Shown here piece after piece: positions 27,118 to 34,544 of a stretch of 44,760 bases of DNA (position 1 is the stretch's first letter; each line of letters starts with the position of its first letter). Source of the stretch: Frankia sp. (GTDB lineage: Bacteria; Actinomycetota; Actinomycetes; Frankiales; Frankiaceae); NCBI GenBank assembly GCA_019689615.1, contig JADGHD010000001.1:1-44760 (forward strand), given 5' to 3'. The position numbers and the translations under genes are program-made. Below the pieces are notes generated by a model, which searched no databases, had not been told where the DNA came from, and saw only the letters and a program-made list of their open reading frames with translations.

Positions 27118-28256
27118 GCCCGCTCCTTGCTGTGCTCGAAGGCGTCGGCGACGCGCAGCCGGTGGTCGGCCGGGGTGCCGTAGAGCGCCCGGTCGAGGGT
27201 GATTCGGCGCAGGTAGAGGTGCAGGTCGTGCTCGAAGGTCACGCCGATGCCGCCGTGCATCTGGACGCAGTCCTGGGCGAGCTCACCGCCGTAGTCCCCG
27301 CTGAACGCCTTCGCCGCGCTGGCGAGCTCCGCGGCGTCCGGGGTGCCGGCGGCGACGGCGGCCGCGGCGGCGTCGGCCAGCGCGTGCGTCGCCTCCAGCC
27401 ACGACTTCATGTCCGCGAACCGGTGCTTGAGCGCCTGGTAGGAGGCCAGCGGCCGGCCGAACGAGTAGCGCTCGAACGCCCAGCGCACGGTCAGGTCGAA
27501 CGCGGCCTGCATCGCGCCGGTCGTCTCGGCGCAGACGATGACCAGCGCGAGCTGGCGCAGCCACTCGTCGGTCTCGTCTGCCGTGCCCGGCTCGCCGACG
27601 ACCGCGGCCGCCCTGGGCAGGCGGGCGGCGTCGAGGCGGACTAGGCCGAGCCGGCGGGTCAGGTCAACCGAACGCAGCGGCTCGACGCTCACCCCGGGCG
27701 TGCCCGCCGGTACCAGCAACTGGGTGCGGCCTTCCGGCAGCCGGGCGGTAAGGAGGAAGCAGTCGGCCTGGCCCGCCGCCTCGACGGGGCGGGCCACGCC
27801 GGTGAGCACGATGTCGTCACCGTCGGCCGTGCCGACGATCTCGCCGGTGCCGCCGGCCGCTGGCGGCGGGCACCAGGCGGCGATGGTCTCACCCGACAGC
27901 AGTCCGGCGAGCACCTCCTCGTGCGCCGCGGCGGAATCGGCCGACGCGGCGGCGCTCAGCGCGGCGGCGACGACGTTGGTCACCACCAGCGGGCCGGGCG
28001 CGGCGGCGGCGCCGAACTCGTGGGCGATGACGGTCAGGTCCACCAGCCCCGTGCCGCTGACCGAGCCGCCCCCGTGCCGCTCGTCGACCAGCAGCGACGT
28101 CCAGCCGAGGCCGGCGCCCTCCGCCCAGTAGCCGCGGTCGAAGCCGGCGTCGTCGGCGCGCAGCCGGCGCAGCACGTCGGATGGAACGTGGTCGGCCAGG
28201 AACCGTGCGGTGGTCTGGCGCAGCATCTCCTGGTCGGGGCTTAGTTCCAGCAGCAT
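27114..28256 (-). CDS. Acyl-CoA dehydrogenase, beta-type subunit
   Basis: MLLELSPDQ start, RYSFGRPLASYQALKHRFADM, QMHGGIGVTFEHDLHLYLRR. ATGA coupling to the partner. Confidence 0.9.
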   Translation of the reverse strand: MLLELSPDQEMLRQTTARFLADHVPSDVLRRLRADDAGFDRGYWAEGAGLGWTSLLVDERHGGGSVSGTGLVDLTVIAHEFGAAAAPGPLVVTNVVAAALSAAASADSAAAHEEVLAGLLSGETIAAWCPPPAAGGTGEIVGTADGDDIVLTGVARPVEAAGQADCFLLTARLPEGRTQLLVPAGTPGVSVEPLRSVDLTRRLGLVRLDAARLPRAAAVVGEPGTADETDEWLRQLALVIVCAETTGAMQAAFDLTVRWAFERYSFGRPLASYQALKHRFADMKSWLEATHALADAAAAAVAAGTPDAAELASAAKAFSGDYGGELAQDCVQMHGGIGVTFEHDLHLYLRRITLDRALYGTPADHRLRVADAFEHSKERA

Positions 28257-28369
28257 GGGCTGTCCAGCAGCATCATCGTCACCTTCGTCGGGTGGCCTGG
28301 CCCGGCGCCACGACATCGGCGCGGGCTCGGGGCTGGTCGGGGTGGCCGTGGCCGGTCTCGCACCCAGCC

Positions 28370-28387
28370 TTTGACATAGACGTCAAA
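28370..28387. promoter_or_regulatory. Palindrome TTTGAC-ATAGAC-GTCAAA (second operator type), related half-site at 28543-28551
   Basis: AT-rich inverted repeat in the divergent ACAD/CoA-transferase region. TTTGACGTC recurs in the opposite orientation near the CoA-transferase. Confidence 0.6.
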
Positions 28388-28631
28388 TTTAGTATCCGCT
28401 GCGTGTCCGGGGCAACGCAACGGCCGTCGGCCTGCGGGGGCAGGGGTGGCGGTCCCGCGCCCGGTACGCGCGGCATGTCCGGCCTGGCTCACGCTAGCGT
28501 TTCCGTGGCTTGCGTCACAGGCTGCGCGCCCCAAGACTGTGTTTTGACGTCGACTTTGATTTTGTGTCGCATGGCTCGCGGGGGGCCGTGGACACCGGCC
28601 ACGGCCGCAGCGGCTCAGGGTGGAGGACGGG

Positions 28632-29846
28632 ATGACCGCGGTGATGCAGGGCGTACGGATCCTCGAGGTCGCCGAGCATACGTTCGTGCCGGCGGCGTCG
28701 GCGTTACTCGCCGACTGGGGTGCCGACGTCATCAAGATCGAGCACGTCGAGCGGGGCGACGCCATGCGCGGACTGGCCTCCTCCGGGACCGCCCCGATCC
28801 CCGGCGACGTCCACGTCCTGTTCGAGCACTCCAACCGGGGCAAGCGCAGCCTCGCCCTGGACCTCACCTCGCCGGACGGGCTCGACATCGTCTACCGGCT
28901 CGCGGCCACCGCGGACGTCTTCCTCACCAACAAGCTGCCCCGGGTGCGCACCAAGCTGAAGATCGACGTTGACGACATCCGGGCGCACAACCCGAAGATC
29001 ATCTATGTGCGCGGCACCGGCCAGGGCGAGCGCGGCCCCGAGGCCGACCGCGGCTCCTACGACTTCCTCGCCTACTGGTCCCGCGCCGGCTGCTCGATCG
29101 GCAGCATGCCGCCCGACTCGACGCACGTGCCGACCCCGCCCGCCCCGGGCTTCGGCGACTCCATCGGCGCGATGACCATCGCCGGCGGCATCATGGGCGC
29201 CCTGTTCCACCGCGAGCGCACCGGCGAGGCCACCACGGTCGACGTCTCCCTGCTGGGCACCGGCCTGTGGTCGATGGGCCAGGCGCTGGGCATCTCGCTG
29301 CTGCTGAACCTGCCATGGCAGGCGCCCCCCGCGAACTTCCGCGGCAACCCGCTGGTCGGGACCTACCGCACCAGGGACAACCGCTGGCTGGCCTTCTCCT
29401 GCCTGCAGGCAGGCCAGTACTGGCCGGCGATGTGCCAGGCCATCGGCCGCCCGGAGCTTGCCACCGACCCGCGGTTCGACAGCCACGCCACCCTGATGTC
29501 CAACACCGCCGACGCCATCGCGATCATGGAGGAGGCGATCGCCTCCCGTGACCTGGCCGAGTGGCGGAAGATCCTGGCCGACTTCCCCGGCCAGTGGACG
29601 GTCGTCCAGCACACCCTGGAGGCCGCCGAGGACGTGCAGACCCTCGCCAACGGCTACGTGCAGCGGGTGGAGACCGCCGACGGCAAGCCGTTCCACCTCA
29701 GCGCCGCGCCGGTGCAGTTCGACGGGGTCGCCGCCCGGCCGCGGCGGGCCCCGGGCTTCAACGAGCACGGCGAGGAGATTCTTGGCGAGCTGGGCATCGA
29801 CTTCGATACCGTGCTCGACCTCAAGGTCCGCGGCGTCGTCGCCTGA
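28632..29846 (+). CDS. Class III (CaiB/BaiF) CoA-transferase
   Basis: GVRILE.A...FVPAA.ALLADWGADVIKIEH, NRGKRS, catalytic Asp in GFGDSIG, APGFNEH. GGAGG RBS. Confidence 0.92.
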   Translation: MTAVMQGVRILEVAEHTFVPAASALLADWGADVIKIEHVERGDAMRGLASSGTAPIPGDVHVLFEHSNRGKRSLALDLTSPDGLDIVYRLAATADVFLTNKLPRVRTKLKIDVDDIRAHNPKIIYVRGTGQGERGPEADRGSYDFLAYWSRAGCSIGSMPPDSTHVPTPPAPGFGDSIGAMTIAGGIMGALFHRERTGEATTVDVSLLGTGLWSMGQALGISLLLNLPWQAPPANFRGNPLVGTYRTRDNRWLAFSCLQAGQYWPAMCQAIGRPELATDPRFDSHATLMSNTADAIAIMEEAIASRDLAEWRKILADFPGQWTVVQHTLEAAEDVQTLANGYVQRVETADGKPFHLSAAPVQFDGVAARPRRAPGFNEHGEEILGELGIDFDTVLDLKVRGVVA

Positions 29847-29911
29847 CCCGCGAGGCCCGGGGCCGCCCGCGCCCCGGGTCTCACCCATACCTTCGCCCCG
29901 GAAGGAGCCCG

Positions 29912-30361
29912 ATGGACCTGCAGGCGCTGGCCGACAGGCTGGAGATCCACGAGCAGCTGGCCCGGTACGCCCGGGGCGTCGACACGGGCGACTGGGAACT
30001 GTGGAAGTCGGTGTTCACCCCGGACGCCGTGATCGACTACACCTCGACCTCGGAGCTGCTTCCGGTCGCCAGGCGCGACGAGATGGCGACCATGCTCGCG
30101 CAGACGATCGGCCAGGCGCCGATGCGGATGCACTACATCACGAACATCGAGGTGGACCTGGCCGGCGACCGGGCCAAGGTGCGCGCGATGTTCTACAACC
30201 CGATGCAGCTGCCGGGGATGGCTGACCGCAGCTTCTGCGGCGGCTTCTACCACCACGACTTCGTCAGGACGCCGGAGGGCTGGAAGAGCGAGCGCCTGGT
30301 CGAGGAGATGGTCTGGTTCGTCAACCCGCCCATCGGGGCGAAGGCCGCCCAGGGCGACTGA
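29912..30361 (+). CDS. NTF2/SnoaL_4-family protein (BaiE/LinA/scytalone-dehydratase-like)
   Basis: LADRLEI..QLARYARGVD..DW, MHYITN, GGFYHHDFVRTPEGWK. AAGGAG RBS. Confidence 0.88.
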   Translation: MDLQALADRLEIHEQLARYARGVDTGDWELWKSVFTPDAVIDYTSTSELLPVARRDEMATMLAQTIGQAPMRMHYITNIEVDLAGDRAKVRAMFYNPMQLPGMADRSFCGGFYHHDFVRTPEGWKSERLVEEMVWFVNPPIGAKAAQGD

Positions 30362-30475
30362 CGCGGCCGCCGGCTGGCGGGCCCGGCTCGTTCCCAGGGC
30401 TGCCCGCCGGCCACGGTCTGACCCAGCCCCTACCCGATCTGTCCGGACTCGTGGCGCGGTTCGCCGGCCAAGGCG

Positions 30476-31879
30476 CTAGTTGGCTTCCTGGGCGGCGTCC
30501 GTGGCTCCCAGGTGCTCGACGCTGGAGGGCTGGATGCTGGGAGGCGGCTCCTGGATCAGCTCGCCGCAGACGGTACGCATCGGGACGAACTGGGTGCCGT
30601 GCTCGTCGATATAGACGAACGAGGCGCACTCGTTGGGCTGGCCGCGGTTCGTCGACAGGTCGACCGGCTCGGGGATCAGGCCGGTGCCGTCGTACGAGGT
30701 GACCTGGCCCAGGCTGCTGATCACCAGTTCCCTGGTCGGGCAGGGGCCCGCCTGCTGGATGCCCAGCAGGAACAGGTCGGTGGCCAGCCAGCCCCAGACG
30801 GCCGCCTCCTCGGTCGGCGGCTGCAGCTGCGGGGCGTGCAGCCGCATCGCCTCCAGCACCCGGGCGTGCGCGGCGGTGCGCATCTCGAACGGCAGGACCG
30901 TCGTGAAGATCACCGTGCCGGCGAGGGTCTGGCCGGCGCGGTCCAGCACCTCGCCGTCATAGCCGCGGCCGAGCACCACCGCCCGCAGCTCGACGCCCGC
31001 GTTGCGGATGGCGGGCAGCAGCCGGGCGAGCTCGTCGGCCGGGATGTCGGCGACGATGGCGTCGACCCGGTTGGTCCGCAGCCGCTCCGCGACCGCGTCG
31101 ATGCTGGTCAGCCCCGGCGTCAGGGTGATCTCCAGCGGGACCGGCACGCCGGCCTGGTTCAGGCTGGACACGTACTGGCGGGCGTAGGCCGCGCTCGTCC
31201 GGTCGAGCTCCACGCTGAGCACGGCCGCCCGGGTGCCGCCCCGCGAGCGCACGACCTCGCCGAAGACCGTGGACGAGCCGGCGGCCAGGTAGTTCCAGGA
31301 GAACATGTTGTCGTGCTCGCCCCAGACCCGGTCGCTGCCGAGCCCGGTGACCGGGACGCGCTGCTGGGCCAGGTAGCCGGCGGAGCCGGCGGCCGAGCCG
31401 GGCGCCTCGATGACCCCGAGGACCTGCTCCTGGGCGACCAGCTCGCGGGCGGCGACCAGGTTGCCGTGGTCGTTGGACCGGTCGTCCCGCCAGACGTAGC
31501 GGATCGTCCGGCCGTTGATCCCGCCGCGCGCGTTGGCCTCGCCGATCCTGGCGTCGACGCCGGCGCGGAACGCCTGCACGATGGCGGACGTCGCGCCGGT
31601 GTCCCCCCAGAGCAGGCCGGCGGTGATCTCGGTTTCGGTCACCCCCGGGGCCGGCGCGCAGGTGACCGCCGACGCCGCGCCGCCGGAGTCCCCGCCGCCG
31701 GCGCAGGCGGACAGGAGCGCCAGGCCACAGGCTGTGACCGCGGCCAACACCGGGCGCAGCGGCGACCACCGCGGCAGCCTGCCGGGCGGTGTCGATGAGT
31801 TGACTAATCCGTTGATGATTGCGGATCGTGGCTGGTCCGCTTCATGTCCGCAAGTACCCAATTGGGGGTCTTGCGACAA
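30476..31879 (-). CDS. Lipoprotein solute-binding protein (LivJ/Peripla_BP_6 type), orphan, paralog of 24466..25731
   Basis: Lipobox LSAC, CAPAPGVT, FRAGVDARI..ANA.GGINGR, HDNMFSW. Start uncertain (TTG 31879/31861 or GTG 31750). Confidence 0.85.
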   Translation of the reverse strand: MSQDPQLGTCGHEADQPRSAIINGLVNSSTPPGRLPRWSPLRPVLAAVTACGLALLSACAGGGDSGGAASAVTCAPAPGVTETEITAGLLWGDTGATSAIVQAFRAGVDARIGEANARGGINGRTIRYVWRDDRSNDHGNLVAARELVAQEQVLGVIEAPGSAAGSAGYLAQQRVPVTGLGSDRVWGEHDNMFSWNYLAAGSSTVFGEVVRSRGGTRAAVLSVELDRTSAAYARQYVSSLNQAGVPVPLEITLTPGLTSIDAVAERLRTNRVDAIVADIPADELARLLPAIRNAGVELRAVVLGRGYDGEVLDRAGQTLAGTVIFTTVLPFEMRTAAHARVLEAMRLHAPQLQPPTEEAAVWGWLATDLFLLGIQQAGPCPTRELVISSLGQVTSYDGTGLIPEPVDLSTNRGQPNECASFVYIDEHGTQFVPMRTVCGELIQEPPPSIQPSSVEHLGATDAAQEAN

Positions 31880-31929
31880 ACGTCTTATGCCGGTTGGTCA
31901 TCCGACGGACGCGGCGCGTCGCCGTTGTG

Positions 31930-33393
31930 CTACTGTACGCCGTCCTTCGACGTGGCGCCGGAGATCGACTTGAGCTCGAGGAAGCCCTCGATGCCCTCGC
32001 GGCCCAGCTCCCGGCCGATCCCGCTGGCCTTGACGCCGCCGAATGGTGCCGCCGGGTCCATGCTGTAGGCCTCGTTCACGCCGAAGGTGCCGCTGCGCAC
32101 CCGGCGGGCGACGGCGAGGCCGCGCTCGGCGTCGGCCGTCCACACCGAGCCGGACAGGCCGTACTCGGTGGCGTCGGCGATCCGCACCGCGTCGGCCTCG
32201 TCGCCGTAGGGCAGGACCGACAGCACCGGGCCGAAGATCTCCTCCTGTGCGATCCGCATGTCCGCCTCGACGTCGGCGAACAGGGTCGGGCGGACGTACC
32301 AGCCGCGGTCGACGCCGTCGGGCAGCCCGGTGCCGCCGACCACCAGCCGGGCGCCCTCGCGCTGGCCGAGGTCGATGTAGCCGCGCACCCGCTCCTGCTG
32401 GCGGCGGGCCACCAGCGGGCCGATCTCGGTCGCCGGGTCGGCCGGGTCACCGGTCGGGATGGTCTCGACCATGGCCGCCAGCGCGTCGACCATCTCCCGG
32501 TAGCGGGAGCGGGGGACCAGCACCCGGGTCTGGGCGACGCACGCCTGGCCGCTGTTCATCAGCCCGGCGATCCTGATGCCCTCGGCGACCGTCGCCGGGT
32601 CGGCGTCGTCGAGCACCACCGCGGCCGACTTGCCGCCGAGCTCGAGGCTGACCCGCCGCAGCTTCGCGCCGCAGTCGGCGGCCACCTTGCGACCCGCGGC
32701 GGTGGAGCCGGTGAACGACACCTTGTCGACGCCGGGGTGGTTGACCAGGTACTCGCCGATCTCCCGGCCAGCCGGCAGGATGCTGACCACGCCCGGCGGG
32801 ATCTCGGCCCGCTCCAGCAGCCCGGCCAGCCAGAAGGCGTCCAGCGGCGCCTCGGGCGACGGCTTGAGCACCACCGTGCAGCCGGCCAGCAGCGCCGGCA
32901 CGAGCTTGTTGATGGTCAGGAACATCGGCATGTTCCACGGGATGACGGCGGCGACCACGCCGACCGGCTCCCGGCGCACCAGCAGGTCGGCGCCGAAGAA
33001 GCCCGGCCGCCGCTCCTCCCAGGCCAGGCTCTCGGCGATGCCGGCGTAGGCGGTCATCATCGCCAGCGGCAGGCCGGCGTGCGCCGCCCGCGCGAACGTG
33101 ATCGGCGCCCCCATCTCGGCGCTGATCAGCTGGGCCAGCTCGCCCCGGCCCGGCTTGTACAGCGCGGCGAGCCGGCGGATGGCGGCGACGCGCTCGGCCG
33201 GGTCGAGCCGCGGCCACGGGCCGTCGTCGAAGGCGGCCCTGGCGGCGGCGACGGCGCGGTCGACGTCGGCCGGGACCGGGTCCGGCACCCGGGCGATGAC
33301 CTCCTCGGACGCCGGCGAGACGACCTCGGTCGTGCCGGTGCCGGCCGGCGCGGCCCACTCGCCACCGATGAACAGCCTGTCGTGTACCTGCAT
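31930..33393 (-). CDS. Aldehyde dehydrogenase
   Basis: MQVHDRLFIGGEW start after GGAGG, IPWN, KPSPE, FTGS, ELGGKS, GQAC, EEIFGP, PFGGVKASG.GRE. Confidence 0.95.
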   Translation of the reverse strand: MQVHDRLFIGGEWAAPAGTGTTEVVSPASEEVIARVPDPVPADVDRAVAAARAAFDDGPWPRLDPAERVAAIRRLAALYKPGRGELAQLISAEMGAPITFARAAHAGLPLAMMTAYAGIAESLAWEERRPGFFGADLLVRREPVGVVAAVIPWNMPMFLTINKLVPALLAGCTVVLKPSPEAPLDAFWLAGLLERAEIPPGVVSILPAGREIGEYLVNHPGVDKVSFTGSTAAGRKVAADCGAKLRRVSLELGGKSAAVVLDDADPATVAEGIRIAGLMNSGQACVAQTRVLVPRSRYREMVDALAAMVETIPTGDPADPATEIGPLVARRQQERVRGYIDLGQREGARLVVGGTGLPDGVDRGWYVRPTLFADVEADMRIAQEEIFGPVLSVLPYGDEADAVRIADATEYGLSGSVWTADAERGLAVARRVRSGTFGVNEAYSMDPAAPFGGVKASGIGRELGREGIEGFLELKSISGATSKDGVQ

Positions 33394-33590
33394 GGGTCCT
33401 CCCGTCGTCGGCCACCGGCCGGCGGGCGCCGCCCGGACCGGCCAGCGGCCGGCGGGCACCCGTGCCGGGGCGCTGGCGGTGGGCGTGGCCATCGCCGTGC
33501 CTCCCTGGACGACGCCACCCGCTGAGGGCACTATTGTCGCCATCCGAGCACAGCATCATCAGCAACTGCGCATCAGCGCCAACGGATTCC

Positions 33591-33605
33591 GATAGTATCA
33601 TTCTC
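33591..33605. promoter_or_regulatory. Putative TetR operator GATAGT-ATC-ATTCTC
   Basis: Degenerate match to GAGAAT-N3-ATTCTC in the divergent ALDH/SDR intergenic region. Confidence 0.6.
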
Positions 33606-33696
33606 GAAGTCGGAGATCTGCTTTACCGACAGGGCAGGCGTGCTGGCACGCCGAGCCGCCCGCCCCGGCGGCGGCCACTGCGAGGGAGGTTGGGCC

Positions 33697-34449
33697 GTGA
33701 CCACACGACGGACCGCTGTCGTCACCGGCGGTGGCTCGGGGATCGGGCGGGCCTGCGCGGTCCGGCTCGCGGCGGACGGGTTCGCGGTCGCGGTGCTCGA
33801 CCTGAACGAGGACGCGGCCATCCGGGTGGCCAAGGAGATCGCCGAGGCCGGTCACGTGGCCGCGGCGTTCCGGGCCGACGTGGGCGAGCGGGCGGCGGTG
33901 AACGCGGCGATGGACGCGGTCCGGCAGGCCTTCGGCCCGATCCAGGTGCTGGTGAACAACGCCGGGGTCACCGGGACGCACGCCTTCATGAAGATCACGG
34001 ACGAGCTGTGGGACCGGATCATCCGGGTCAACCTGACCGGCGCGTTCTACTGCTGCCAGGCGGTGGTGCCGGACATGGTCGCGGCCGGCTGGGGGCGGAT
34101 CGTGAACATCTCCTCGTCCAGCGCCCAGGGCGGCCAGCCGTTCATGGTGCACTACGTGTCGTCGAAGGCGGGCCTGATCGGCCTGACCAAGGCGCTCGCG
34201 CTGGAGCTCGGGCCCAGGGGGATCACCGTCAACACGATCCCGCCCGGGTTCGTCGACACCCCGATGCTGCGCGACGCCGAGGGCCGGGGCCATCTCGGCG
34301 GCTCCGTCGACGAGCACGCCCAGCGCACCCCGGTCCGCCGGCCCGGCCGGCCGGAGGACATCGCCGCCGCCTGCTCGTTCCTGTGCCGGGACGAGGCCGG
34401 CTACATCACCGGCCAGATCATCGGCGTCAACGGCGGCCGCAACACCTGA
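33697..34449 (+). CDS. Classical SDR oxidoreductase (NAD-type, FabG/BadH-like)
   Basis: TGGGSGIG, acidic LD after beta2, NNAG, NISS, YVSSK, PG.VDT. GGGAGG RBS before GTG. Confidence 0.93.
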   Translation: MTTRRTAVVTGGGSGIGRACAVRLAADGFAVAVLDLNEDAAIRVAKEIAEAGHVAAAFRADVGERAAVNAAMDAVRQAFGPIQVLVNNAGVTGTHAFMKITDELWDRIIRVNLTGAFYCCQAVVPDMVAAGWGRIVNISSSSAQGGQPFMVHYVSSKAGLIGLTKALALELGPRGITVNTIPPGFVDTPMLRDAEGRGHLGGSVDEHAQRTPVRRPGRPEDIAAACSFLCRDEAGYITGQIIGVNGGRNT

Positions 34450-34456
34450 GGCCGCC

Positions 34457-34483
34457 GTCACCCGCCCGGGCGCCGCGGGTGGC
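34457..34483. terminator. Possible hairpin terminator between the convergent SDR and ALDH genes
   Basis: GTCACCCGC-N9-GCGGGTGGC inverted repeat (one G-U pair) right after the SDR stop. Confidence 0.4.
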
Positions 34484-34544
34484 GACCGGGCGGGCGGTGG
34501 TCAGCTACCGGCGGGCGCCAACCTGGGGCCCGCGACGTCGGCGG

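Noticed and set aside
33697-34449. Mycofactocin-dependent SDR
   Set aside because: Has TGGGSGIG rather than the TGAARGQG signature, lacks the characteristic insertion, and no mft genes are present.
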